From the NCBI GenBank assembly GCA_964016885.1, contig OZ024740.1:66402001-66466000 (forward strand): a DNA stretch of 64,000 nt, in the 5' to 3' direction. The DNA comes from Eledone cirrhosa (Eukaryota). This document shows positions 34,549 to 47,457 of the stretch, piece after piece (within the stretch, counting starts at the first letter, position 1; the number at the start of each line of letters is the position of its first letter). The translations under genes were made by a program, and so were the position numbers. The notes under the pieces were generated by a model. It was not told the origin of the DNA, ran no database searches, and saw only the letters and a program-made list of their open reading frames with translations.

Positions 34549-37500
34549 ATGACCTCACTCAGAATAGGCAGCATAAATGCGCGTGGCTTGGGGTCGTCAT
34601 GGAAGCAGGGCCACCTGCTCAACGACCTCAGGTCACTAAACATAGATGTAGTGGCCATCAGCGAGACCAGAATCTCCGAAGCACAGGCTTTCGCACCGAT
34701 CTTCGGCGGCTACGATGTGTACGCATCTCTCAGCCGTCCGGGGTCGGGGGGAGGAGTTGCTGTGCTTTTTCGGAGAGGTTTGGATCTTGCCATACGGGCC
34801 ATCTTCCTGGACCCAGAAGGTAAGTTGGTGGTGCTGGACGTGACCAGCGGAGACGGGCAAGGTTTCAGGTTAGTGGCCGTCTATGCCCCGACAGGAGCAG
34901 GGCGGCCTGATTTCTTCCGGCGTCTGGAGACCTTTCTTGGAACGTCCCGCTCTTTAGTGTTAGTGGCCGACTGGAACGGGATCTTAGATGCACGCTGGGA
35001 TTGTGTGGGAGTAGTGGATAGGGAAGGATGGTGCAAGAGTCTCACCAACCTGCTCAGACGTTTTGAACTGTCTGACAGGTACCGAATGGATTTCCCGAAT
35101 GTACCAATGTGGACTTGGACAAATCGCATAGGGTCATCCAGATCATATCTAGATAGAGTATTTTGTAGGGAAATAGATAGGTCTAGCATAGGCTGTCCAC
35201 AATTCAAGATAGTCAGCTACACGGACCACAAATTCGTGATCTGTGTGCTTGACTTAGATAGGCTTCATAGACAAGGACCCGGCTACTGGAAGCTAAACGC
35301 GTCCTTACCAGCGCGCAAGGCCTACAGAGACCGGATTAGCGAACTAGTTAAGCGGGCGTTGACGGGGGCCATCGTCAACAACAAGTGGTGGTTTGCTCTG
35401 AAAAGAGCAATTAGAATAGAGTCCATTAGGTTTAGTAAGACTTTAGCAATAGAGAAAAATAGAGCAGAGGGAGAATTAGTTAGAAAATTAGATGAGGCGC
35501 TTAGCAAAGGCATCGCGACCGACGTACTTGCGGCGAAATTGGCCCTTGACCAATTCTTCAATGCAAAGCACGAAGGCTGCGTTGTCAGAGCTAGGGTGCG
35601 TGCTCTCAGACACGAGGGGACGAAAGCCGTTCAATGGGCCCGAGTGGCGGAGGCGCGTCGTGGCAACAAAGCCACGATCCGGTCTTTGGTGGACCACGAC
35701 GGGCGCATGCTACTCGATCCCGGGCAAATGTGTGAAGCTTTTCAGCGACACTTCGCTCGACTGTTCGGGGGCAGTGGCGGGCCGGATCGAGGGATGGACT
35801 TTAGTGTCTACCTCGACGGACTGCCGCGGCTTTCGGCCACTGAGGCGGAGTGTTGCGAAAAGCCGATAACAACCGCTGAAGTACGGGATGCAATGACTAG
35901 TTGCACAAGGGGTAAATCGCCTGGTTTGGATGGTCTGCCCTATGAACTTTACGTACAAATGCCAAACTTGTTCGGATGCCTCTTGGCGGACGTCTACTGC
36001 AACTGGCAACAGAACGGGAGAATTCCCAGCTCTGTGAGCCGAGGAGCGGTGGCGCTGCTGAGAAAGGATCCGAACAAGGGGGATAACATAGATAATTTTA
36101 GGCCCATAACTCTGCTAAACACAGAGTTCAAGATTTTGGCCAAGGTGCTAGCAAAGAGGTTGGCGCTTGTCGTTGGTGGTCTGGTGGGAGAGGCACAGAC
36201 ATGCGCCATTCCGAACAGATCCATCCACGACAACCTCCACCTCATGCGATACATCGTAGAGAGGGTAGCTAGGGAACCTGGCACGGGTGGGTCTTTGATC
36301 AATTTCGATCAGTCGAAAGCCTTCGATAGGGTCGACCATCGTTACCTAACGGCAGTCCTGAGGGCGGCTGGCTTTGGGCCCGTCTTCAGAGGCTGGATCG
36401 CTGCCATGCACAGCGACATCTGCTCTGTAGTGAGAGTGAACGGTCACCTTTCGGAACCGTTCAACATCATGCGCTCGGTCCGCCAAGGATGTCCCCTCTC
36501 GTCCCTATTGTACGTATTGACTCTCGAGCCATTACTGCACAAACTGGAGACGATGAGGGGGGTCCCGCGCGAACTAGGATGCGGAAGATCCGTGTCAGCA
36601 TATGCCGACGATGTCACCGTAGTGGTGTCGAAGGCCAAACACATCGAGGCGATCGGCACTACACTAAGAGAATACGAAGCGGTGACAGGAGCAATGATCA
36701 ACCAGGAAAAGTCAGTGGGCCTGCAGCTCGGCACCTGGAGAGGCAGGTCCATGCCGTCCAACAGTGTCGTCGGGCGCTGGACGGACGGACCGGTTAAATT
36801 GCTAGGGGTCTGGTTCGGTCCAGACCTCCAGACGGACAAAAACTGGGACGGGGTGACGAGCAGGGTGGCTTCTCTCACCCAGAAATGGGCCGAGAGGAAG
36901 CTATCCCTGAAAGGTCGAGCGGAGGTGGCGAATGCGTACATCGCATCCGTCATCTACTACCGCCTGACCGTCGTACCTTGTCCTAAGCCCCGCCTGACTG
37001 CGCTGGAGCGTTTGCTCTTTCGCTTCTTGTGGAAGGGAAGCGCTCCGATGGTCAGGCGGTCCATCTGCTGTCAACACCCGCTGCGTGGAGGGCTGGGCAT
37101 GCCGTGGCTGATGATGCGCAGACACGCGCTCAGGCTACGACATCTCCACCTCTTCCTCGACGGTGATCAGGTGTGGTCGCCGTTTGCTAGACGCGTTTTT
37201 CCCCAGCTCGTCTCCTTGACGGAGCTGCAGTCCTGGGTCAAGCGAAGACCGAGAGGGAGCGCTTGGAGACTGGAATGTCTTCAGGCGCTCACAGCCCTCG
37301 ACCAATCGGGCAATGTGATCGGTGGAAACTCCACCTTGGCGTTCTATAGGGGATTAGTGGAGGGGAAGAGCGACGACGTACTTGGAGAAACTCTAGGCGT
37401 CGACGAAAATCAACTGGCCAATCTCTTCGGAAGGACTTTCGGGCCGGGGCCTATGGACAACTTCCAGAAATCCCTGGCCTGGCAGTGCTACCGAGGAGCT

Positions 37501-37967
37501 TTGCCAGTTCGGGATAAACTCTACAGGCATGGAGGTGCCGTCAACCGGGCATGTCCGAGATGCGCGCAGGGCGACGAAACCGTCCTGCACGCACTCGTCC
37601 ATGTCCGAGCATTGCTGACTTGTGGGTTTATGTCGAACACCTGCTGTCACGTGTAGGACGGATCCAGCTGCCAGCTGAGTCCATCGTGAGGATTGCCCCG
37701 CCCCCTTCCTTTAGCCTGGAAGGGCAGGCAGTTTTTATCTGTCTGGTGGCCATGGCGAAAGAGATAGTTTGGTGGACACGTTTGAAATGGCTGAAGACGA
37801 GCACTTACCTCTTCGGTGATGCCCTGATTAACTTTTTCAAATTTTATTTGAAAAGGAAAATCAAGGTAGAGAGGGAAGTGCTCTCTTCCCAGCATTTTGT
37901 TGAAAGATGGGTGAGAGAAGCAAGCATGGCCCGAATGAATGGGCCTTCTCTGAGTATGTGTCTGTAA
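34549..37967 (+). CDS. Tx1 ORF2, copy E: 1035-aa open frame with APE and RT, frameshift in the C-terminal CCHC (about 1139 aa if repaired)
   Basis: APE and RT motifs present, YADD intact; 1-bp loss near 37601. Confidence 0.92.
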
Positions 37968-38210
37968 ATTAAAGGTGGAAAACTGGGAGAGGGCACTTGC
38001 CCTGGTGGTCAGGGCCACTGTGGTCTTTTAATGGGCTTTCTCCACAAATGTCCCTTGGAAGTCTCCCTCTATTGGGGAATTTTTCTTTGTTATTTTATTT
38101 CAACCTCTTTTTTTTTTTACACGCAGAAATGCCCATTTGTACCGTCCTGTATTGTCCTGTACTGTCCTTAATGTCTACTTTATGTGAACCCTTGTGGTTA
38201 ATAAAGAAAA

Positions 38211-38533
<323 letters not shown>

Positions 38534-38536
<3 letters not shown>

Positions 38537-38682
38537 GCGGTGGTTTGGCAGTATCAGTAGAGGGTCGGACGCCATGCTTTCCAGCATAGCTACGTCATTT
38601 ACGATCTGAGTTCAAATCCCGCCGAGGTTGTGTTTGCCTTTCATCCTGACGGGGTCATTAAAATAAATTACCAGTAATGCAC
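38534..38682 (+). mobile_element. tRNA-headed SINE (3'-truncated)
   Basis: A-box-like TGGCAGTATCAG, B-box GAGTTCAAATC, core GCCTTTCATCC...GGGGTC; several copies in the window. Confidence 0.8.
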
Positions 38683-38734
38683 AGAAACAAAATGGCGTAG
38701 GACAGAACAAAGGAGAGGCACAGAAACAAAGAAA

Positions 38735-38930
38735 GGAATCCCCAGTCACTGAATAGGTCACAGAGTGTGTGACGAAAGGACTATGACTATATATAAACAA
38801 CTATCTGGTTGTGGAACCAACCAACCAACCAGAAATTTATAAATTTATAAATATATAATAAATTGAAGTGAATGCAACTGGTGCGTGTGTTTCTTATTGG
38901 CAACATGACCCTCCCAAAGTATAACAATAT
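38735..38930 (+). repeat. Penelope pLTR-like repeat with a degenerate hammerhead; second copy at 50778-50970
   Basis: About 190-bp direct repeat; AGTCA-CTGAATA-G-GTCACA...TGTGAC-GAAA-GGAC-TA-TGACT. Confidence 0.6.
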
Positions 38931-38984
38931 CGGTTTCAACACACGATTTCAGATAAAGAATCTTGCTAAACAAATTCAGAAACG

Positions 38985-39033
<49 letters not shown>

Positions 39034-39359
39034 GGAACATCTGTTAACACCAATGAAGGTTGAAGAAATTCTGAGAAATTCTCTTTTGCTCCTGGCTTGG
39101 TATGCTGCATGTTTTGTAAGCTAAGTCTGTTATAAAGTAGTTATGATATTTGTTTATGTATTTATTTCTCTTTATTGTTGATAGAGGAACACGATATATC
39201 CCTTAATTCTTTGATATATATTAATAGTCATCTAACTTAGAGTGAGGCTCCATAATCGGTTCCGGAAAGTGGCATTGTAAAATTAGTAAACAGTTAATGC
39301 ATGATACTGCAGACCACGAAGTCTATTGACGCACTAGTAATGAAAAAGTTCTCTTCGTT

Positions 39360-39465
<106 letters not shown>

Positions 39466-39779
39466 TTTAAAAAAAAATATATATATATATATTGAAAGGA
39501 TAACAATATAAAGTAAGGATAACAAAATAAAGTAGATGTCAAAATATAATCGGGACGATTATATATATATATATATATATAAGTAGTTCCACAACAGTTG
39601 TACTACTCCACTCAGACCTAGCGGAAGATCCACTTAATGCGAAACATTTGTTCTCGGTATGGTGGACTAAATGTTGTGGAACTACTTCTACCAATCTCGT
39701 CCCATAGAGTAGGTGCTCTACTACTACGGATATAAACTTCCAGTGTTCTACTATTATATATATATATAAATTAAATAAT

Positions 39780-40565
39780 AGACCAAGAAACCAGGACTAT
39801 CCGTCATCAGTGATCTTCTGACCATCATCGGTATTTCTTCGCATTAAAGACCAGATACCTCTTGCACGAACAATAACTAAAATAAGTTATTGGGATAAAA
39901 AGAATTGGGTGGAGAAAGAGAGACATGTAAACAAACATAAATGGTAAGGCAACGTAAAGAGAGGAAGATGAAAAAACAAGTCAGTGATACATGTGAACTT
40001 AAGTTCTAGCAAATCATTGACGAGAAGACGAAGGACGCGGCCGAACCCTGCGAAATGTAAGCGAGAAAAGGATTTCAGACAGGTCAGACGGGAGGAAGTG
40101 AGAGAGGGGGAGTAGCAGAGAGTGAGAGAGTGAAAGATTTGCGGAAGAGGCCAGCCGAGACAGGGTAACCAGCAGAGGGGATGAATGAAAGTAAGAAGTA
40201 CAAGAAGAGAGAAGGGGAGAGAGAAAGTCGATAGAAGTAAGGGAATAGAAAAAAGACAGGTCACAGCGAGAGGAAAAAATATTAGAATGAAAAATGGCGT
40301 GCTGCGTTGTTGCGAATGTGATACATATGAATTAAAAAGATAGAGCAAGAAACCAGGACTACCCGTATTCACTGATCTTCTGGCTATCATCGGTATTTCT
40401 TCGTGTTAAACACATGATACCTCAAGCCAGCGCGAACAATAAGTAAAATAAGTTATAGGGATACAAAGAATTGGGTGGAGAAAGAGAGACATGTAAACAA
40501 ACAAAAATGGTAAGGCAACGTAAAGAGAGGAAAATGAGGAAACAAGTCAGTGATGCATGTGAACT
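39780..40565 (+). repeat. Dispersed direct repeat of ~220 bp (39780-39998 and 40342-40565)
   Basis: AGAAACCAGGACTA...ACAAGTCAGTGAT shared by both copies. Confidence 0.75.
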
Positions 40566-40594
40566 ATACAGACACAAACTCGCAAACACACACA

Positions 40595-40755
<161 letters not shown>

Positions 40756-41295
40756 TTTTCTCTGTGTGTGTCTGTGTAAGTGTATATGTAAATGTTTTAA
40801 CAAAAATAAGAAACAAACAGTATAATGTGCTAATAAACCAAAATTAAAATTTCAGGACACTTAATCACTGACAATTGTTTCTTCCCATCGGAATATGCCA
40901 CCAACATAAATTTATTTTATTTAACAACTTGCTATTAGGTAGCAAAAAACTAAAGGAGTCAATTAATTAAAATAAGTTTCATTTAAATAAAAAAACGATT
41001 AATATCAATATAAATCATTCAGGAATAACAGATAACATATATGAATCATTTAATTAACAGGTAAGTCAAATAACAGGGTGTCGATTGTATTAATGTAATT
41101 AAACGTTATTTGGAATAGTAGTAACTTTCCAATAATGTATTGGATGTTATACAGTTTTATCAAAGCAATATTCATAGCTTGTATGTGTAATCCATCGAAT
41201 TTAGCAGGGTTAAAGTTGAAAGACATTTACGGTAGACCTAATATTATATCGGGAAGCATGAAATTATACGGAGTGAATATATATATATATATATA

Positions 41296-41420
41296 TAAAA
41301 TGAAGTTAAATAAAAGTCAAATGATTAAAATTTAGCTTCGTTTATTACTGCAGTAATAAACGAGGCAGTAATAAACGAAGCTAAATTTTAATCATTTGAC
41401 TTTTATTTAACTTTATTTTA
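41296..41420. repeat. Fold-back inverted repeat next to (TA)n
   Basis: About 55-bp arms: AAATAAAAGTCAAATGATTAAAATTTAGCTTCG and its reverse complement. Confidence 0.85.
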
Positions 41421-41727
41421 CACTACTCCGGAGTAACCAAACCAACCTGCGCACTTCGTCGAGTGCTCCAGCCTGCATACTGAGGTGTTGGTATACAACC
41501 AACATAAACTCAAAATCTATATATATATATATATATATCCAGGGAGTGTACCTTGGACGATTACAAAGGGTCTTACGAGCCGCGGATTACAGAGTCGGGT
41601 CAGATCGATACAGATCAAACCTTGAGCTGATCAGTGGCGAAACGCTCGTCACCAACCAATAAAAGGAATGAAGGAGTACCCAATCGTCCTTGTTATTTTA
41701 TTTCACTATATAAATATATATATATAT

Positions 41728-41906
41728 AATTGTTTCTACTTTTAGGCACAAGGCCAGCAAATTACCCAGTGCATTACTGGTACTTTATTTTATCGACCCC
41801 GTAAGGATGAAAGGCAAAGTCAACCTCGGCGGGATTTGAACTCAGATCGTAAAGGGACGTAACTATGCTGGAAAGCATGGCGTCCGACCCTCTACCGATA
41901 CTGCCA
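41728..41906 (-). mobile_element. tRNA-headed SINE, near full length
   Basis: Reverse complement of 38534-38682 plus the tail GGCCTTGTGCC...GTAGAAACAATT. Confidence 0.85.
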
Positions 41907-42247
41907 TCCACAATGTTTAACTAGTTACAGATATGTTATAACGATTATACTAATTATTAGACAATCAATAATATTTAACTAAATGTAAGTACAATATATT
42001 AATATAAATATATAGATATTTACGCATTTCGGGGTTTTATTGTAGAGGTGAACAAGGGAGGTCATTTTATTGGTTATCCCGATGTTAGAGTTAGAAAGTA
42101 GAAATTTAATTTTGCATTATCTAAATAAGTACATATATTTAAATTAACATATGTTATGCATTTAAAGTTATCGAAACAATATTTATTTTATATGTGGCAA
42201 TGAGGTATATGTGTGTTTGAGGTATCTAAAACATTGATGCATTTTAA

Positions 42248-42880
42248 TCTTATATATATAAAACTGAGGATGTGTGTGTGTGTGTGTGTGTGTGTGTGTC
42301 TGTGTGTGTGTGAGAGTTTGAATCCCTAAACCTCGAGAAGCACCCAACCGATATTTTTCAAAACTTACATGTGTATTACTTATGTTTCAGGGAGTGTTAT
42401 GCACATAGAAACATTCAACTTTTTTATCCCCTAGGGCCCGCATTAGGCGAAATACTGCGTATTTTCAGGTTTTTTGAGGCGTTACGTCAGGCCGATTTCC
42501 TTGAAATTGTAACTATGTATTTGGAAGTCTCTTCATACCGTGAGCAAAGAAAATCCAAGTTTGTTTATGACCTAGGGCCCGCATTAGGTGAAAACTTCAT
42601 TTTTTCAGCCTTTTAGGGCTCTTTGAGGCGTTACCTCTAGCCGATTTTTCCCGAAATTTCAAGGCATATTATGCACATAAAAAAAATTCATTTTCTTCAT
42701 CCCCTAACTTGCGTTTTTCCTGCTTCATCGAGGAAAATCTTAAAGATTATCCAGCCAACAGAGTATTCGGTTTATTTTCTTTACATATTGTCGAGTCATG
42801 CAGTTTTTCCACGATTCGGTCTGTTGGCGGCCCGCGTTCCAAAATACATTATCCCGTGCAATGCGGGATACCACTGCTAG
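42248..42880 (+). mobile_element. Non-autonomous Helitron
   Basis: A|TC 5' end (TCTTATATATATAAAA), internal (GT)n, subterminal hairpin TATCCCG-tgcaatg-CGGGATA, CTAG|T 3' end, no TSD. Confidence 0.8.
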
Positions 42881-43369
42881 TGAAATATAAATTAAGGCCA
42901 AATATAAATGAGGTAAGATGAGATAAGATAATATATTATATTATATAAATTAATTTATATTCTGTTAATGTATCAGTATCAGATACCATATATAAACTTG
43001 GGAAACTACTGGTATACTATTACAATACACTGTATTTAACATAATATTAAGTACTAGTTGATGTATACAGGCACAATTAAATGTATATGCTTTTCTTTTC
43101 AATACTTATCTAATGCGTATTTATCCTATAAAATTATCAAAATTAAGGCAACGAAAAGAATGAAACATCTCCAGTAATTGTATTTAAGTATTTTTTTTAT
43201 TATTAGAGTAAACATGTACAGGTTAAATGAGATAGTGTATTAATTAAACAATATTATCATACAATCCATATAAATATTAAAGACTAATCGTGGCTGGTTA
43301 CAGTGTTACGGATTCAGTAAAAGGTTAAGCACTAGTTGAATTATAAGGTTTTTAATTGATAATTGTTGT

Positions 43370-44300
43370 CTATAAACGATTGTAGGTTTTTGTGTGGGCA
43401 TGTGGAAAAGATTCTAATTTCTTATTTAAAATGTTAGCTTTAGATTTAATAATTAGCTGTGATTCACGTAGGCATAATCAAAATATTCTATTCTTAGGTC
43501 TATAAGCGGAGGATCTATATGATATTTCCCAATTCAATGGAAATGATGTTGTCTTTTTTTTTTTATTTCCAGATAAAATTAGATAATGAGGTCATATTTA
43601 TTAATTTAGATTTTCTAAAATATTTAATATTGGAATTAATTCTTGTTTTGAAACTAATTGAGTAAAGTTAAGACTGTCGAGAGGTGTTAATCGTGCAAGT
43701 ATATATTATATTATCAGTTTAGCAAATGTGGTTAAGTGAGCATAGTGTTTTATTTCTACAGTTTCATTTTGGATTACATATAGAGTTAATATGAGGGATT
43801 TTAGATATTAAGGTGATATTTCAATTGGAATATTACTGTTCTTGTGAATGCTAATATTATTCATAGAGTTAGATGTAATTTGTATGTTATTCATAGAACC
43901 AGGTGGTCTGTTATTGATATTATTTGAAAGGTTATTTTGGTTGTTTGATTAGATCGATTCGATAGATGTGTATTTCGTTCAAAGGATTTTATGTATTATT
44001 TTTTTTATTTTCCTATTGTTACTAAAATTCAAATGTGCGGCTATAGTATGTGTGGTTGAGAATGAGAGTTTCATCGTATTTTTGTTAATTAGTTTATGGT
44101 ATCTATGTCCCGGTGGGATGTTCCTATCTATTTTAGAGATGAAGAGCTTAGTCCTTTCATCACACACAAGTGTGAGAGACTATATATATATGTCCCGGAC
44201 GGCAGAGCTCAAGCCGTTTCGACGGCTATTTCTGAGATGAAGAGCTTAGGTGCGTTATTGGATATGTGCAAACAGGAAGCACAATAAAAATAAAATAAAA
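43370..44300 (-). pseudogene. Decayed Naiad-type Penelope-like element (RT C-terminal linker + GIY-YIG endonuclease)
   Basis: Manual translation gives IDRNIPPGHRYHKLINKNTMKLSFS, *NCRNKTLCSLNHIC, NIIYTC, FKTR, TSLSNFIW, AYRPKNR..LCLRE, ILNKK and CPHKN. Confidence 0.72.
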
Positions 44301-44387
44301 TATAGAATAAGTAAATATTACAATACAATGAGAGGAATCATAATAGTATCACTCCTGATGCCACACGTGTGTGATGAAAGAACTTTG

Positions 44388-44422
<35 letters not shown>

Positions 44423-44427
<5 letters not shown>

Positions 44428-44624
44428 AAAATGTTCAAGACCATGACGGGCAGAGCTCAGGCCGTTTCGACGGCTATTTCTGGACTCCAGAAATAGCCGT
44501 CGAAACGGTTTGAGCTCTGCTGTCGGGGTCTTGAACATTTTCCTATTACCCACTCTACTACCTTAAGTATTGACTAATCTGGTTCGTTATGGTCCACCTG
44601 GTTCCTTACCACACTTCCTTCGTT
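44423..44624 (+). repeat. Hairpin-headed short repeat family in (TA)n; other copies at 44195-44233, 51878-52005 and 62447-62643
   Basis: About 60-bp-arm palindrome followed by a shared tail TTCCTATTACCCACTCTACTACC...GTCCACCT. Confidence 0.75.
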
Positions 44625-44639
44625 ATATATATATATATA

Positions 44640-45523
44640 CGAGGTGTTCCAGGACTGATGTCACAAAAGATTTGTTTCAAACCCAAACTTCACACTAAGA
44701 GTTTTCTCCTACAAATAATCCCCCTGGAGTCTAATGCACTTTTCCATCCTTTTCTGTCAGGCTTGCATGCACTCCTGGAAGGATTCTTCCGGGATCCTCC
44801 GCAGATCCGTGGTCACGGCCGTTTTGATGTCATCCACGTCTTCTAAACGGGTCCCCTTCGGGTCGTACTCAACAATCCATGACTCATCATCGGTAATGAC
44901 TTTCCCTAGTAAGTCTGGTTCGGTTTCAAGACGCTTGAGGATGTCCTGGCACACTTGCATGCGTCGACCCTTCTGGTCATCATTCAGCAGTTTTAGCACC
45001 ATCTTCGAGCAGACTTTCCGCATGTCCAAATCTTCAGTGAGAAGTTTCCATACGCTGTCCCGATTCATGCCCAGCTCATTTGCCATCAGTCGAACAGTCA
45101 GCCGACGATCGCTACGCACCATCTGCCTGACGCGCTCAACGTTGACTTCAGTCCTGGTTGTTGAGGGCTTTCCGCTCCTGGGGTCATCTTCCACGTCCTC
45201 GCCTCCTTCTTTAAACCTCTTGCACCACTCAAAAACACATGAGCGTGACATCGTCTCATCTCCATACACTTGCTGCAGCAATCCCAGTACTTCTGACGGA
45301 GTCTTCAAGTTTGTTCGTTGTTCTGTGCTCATTGCTTGACGACCTGAAACAGAGGACAAATATATAAAATTATGAAGAAAAAGTTTGATCACTGCAGAGA
45401 GCTAAGATTACATTTACATACTCCAGTGGGATTACTTTGAAGGAGAAAACTCTTTGTGTGAAGTTTGGATTTGAAATAAATCTTTTGTGACATCAGTCCT
45501 GGAACTTTTTCTGACACATCTCG
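44640..45523 (-). mobile_element. mariner-type DNA transposon, internally deleted
   Basis: About 100-bp imperfect TIRs (CGAGGTGT...GGACTGATGTCACAAAAGATTT and AAATCTTTTGTGACATCAGTCC...ACATCTCG), flanked by TA. Confidence 0.9.
44757..45392 (-). pseudogene. Mariner transposase remnant
   Basis: HTH region (RSGKPST, DRRLTVR) and first catalytic motif ITDDESW..YDP; the rest of the DDD domain is deleted. Confidence 0.88.
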
Positions 45524-45536
45524 TATATATATATAT

Positions 45537-45920
45537 ATATATTAATAAAAGGAATTCCAATTTTGTCTGATTTACTCGTTTTATTTACAATCCTTTAAAA
45601 TTTATAATGGTATTAGGATGAAATAGTATGGTAGAATATTAAATATTAAGTGTTAATTGAACAAGTACTTTCATGCTTTCGCAATCTTCAGGTTCATAAT
45701 GTGTGGTGACAGTCAAGTTTGCAATTTTCAAAATTGCAAACTTGACTGTCACCACACATTATGAACCTGAAGATTGCGAAGGCATGAAAGTACTTGTTCA
45801 ATTAACACTTAACATTTAATATTCTACCATACTATTTCATCCTAATACCATTATAAATTTTAAAGGATTGTAAATAAAACGAGTAAATCAGACAAAGTTG
45901 GAATTCCTTTTATTAATATA
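45537..45920. repeat. Near-perfect ~190-bp-arm palindrome carrying a hammerhead motif in each arm
   Basis: Arms are reverse complements centred near 45729. Confidence 0.92.
45762..45800 (+). ncRNA. Minimal type I hammerhead ribozyme motif (mirror copy at 45658-45696, - strand)
   Basis: TGAAC-CTGAAGA-tTGCgaagGCAt-GAAA-GTAC-TT-GTTCA; palindromic stem III AGTACT. Confidence 0.7.
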
Positions 45921-45951
45921 ATCTTCTATACACAATCATACACACCCGTGT

Positions 45952-46039
<88 letters not shown>

Positions 46040-46043
<4 letters not shown>

Positions 46044-46175
46044 TAAATTTATACGGGATCAAAACAGAGAGGCAGACAAATAAAGGTTTATTAGGTTCAC
46101 GCTTTTGAGATGAGGTGGGGGGTGCATTTCGGTCATAAGCCCTTCTTCAGGAGTAAATAGGTTAGGAAGAGAGTT
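46040..46175 (-). repeat. Solo Penelope pLTR fragment, same family as 55385-55550
   Basis: Reverse complement gives CCTGAAGAAGGGCTTATGACCGAAA...AAGCGTGAACCTAATAAACCTTT; flanked by (TA)n. Confidence 0.75.
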
Positions 46176-46191
46176 CAGAGGGTATATGGAA

Positions 46192-46275
<84 letters not shown>

Positions 46276-47407
46276 CTGTTCGTGAGTCAATGATGAACAT
46301 ATGAACTTTGATTAGCGGCCAAATTGATTATAGAGATATGAAATATACGGAAGCGAAAACCAAAACAAACAGTGAGTGTTTTTTTATTATTACTCCTCGC
46401 AATATTATAACAATATGACCCTCCCCGAATATAACAATATATATATATGAATGGAAACTCAGAAAATGATGGGTCATTATCTCCCATAACATGTATATTA
46501 TTTTCTGTTTCAGAAACTTCTACGGAGTCGAGATTTAACTTTATTCTCAATTCAGAGTGTTATACTGGGCCTCTGTTAGAGTACTCGTTTGCCGCAAACA
46601 AATATGGAACAATTCTAAAACAACAATTGTATTGCCTATTGTTGCCCATGCTTACTGTCATGAATTATATGAACAAATATACGCCAGAAAATGCAGCCAA
46701 ATCATATTCACACTAAATGTTACATAGTTAAATATAGGATACTACAATGTATTCTGTATACATAAAACAGCATGGTCAGTGTTAACATTATGTTTATCTT
46801 AGATATGCTGGATTTTGGTCCGAGGAAGAATAAAATACAACAATATCAATAACTTCTAGAATATAAACGCTACCACAAATGTCAACTACCCATTTAGGTT
46901 TTGGCTAGGGGCACTCAACTATTGAGAGTTAATTATCTTTCCACACGAATACAACCCTGATCTATCAAGAGAGTTGTAATGGATTCTCACTATCCTAGTC
47001 GTTAAGTAGCAGATCTACATGACACCAAAACAATCTAGTTCATACCAAAGTTGGAAAAATAAAGGAAATTGGAGAATCTGACGCGATCACTGTCATTCGC
47101 AGAGTTTACTGGAAGCTTTGATAAACGTTAAATCCGGTGGCAATATTACACGTGTGTTTTCAGGATTATATATTTGTTTTCGTGTTTCTGTATGCGTACT
47201 TGTTTGCGCGCGTGTATGAGAGAGAGAGCAAGTCAATTAACCTGCAGAAATGCATTTGCATGCAATCCATTGAAAACATCTATTGATAATTAAATATTTG
47301 TAGGGATTTTTTTAATATATAGATGTTATTTGACGCTGTACTTCATATATTCTCTTCTTCATTACTATTTAACAGAAAACCTCAAAACGTTTGTTGTGAA
47401 TAGCCTT

Positions 47408-47457
<50 letters not shown>

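Larger units (their letters stand above)
32291..38211 (+). mobile_element. Tx1/L1-clade element, copy E (full length, least damaged)
   Basis: Starts GGCGACCTACGTAGG after (ATT)n and ends AATAAAGAAAAC + (ATT)n. Confidence 0.95.

Noticed and set aside
513-38018. Many short antisense or alternate-frame ORFs inside the Tx1 and Dong copies
   Set aside because: Shadows of the real ORFs; they recur only because the elements are repeated.
38534-38625. tRNA gene
   Set aside because: The A and B boxes belong to a SINE head; no cloverleaf.
41620-41655. CTGATCA-GTGGC-GAAA-CGCTC hammerhead-like motif
   Set aside because: Core G8 is mutated and stems I and II are inadequate; at most a decayed remnant.
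46447-46716. 89-aa ORF with a possible splice acceptor
   Set aside because: No recognisable motif or matching donor; compatible with chance.
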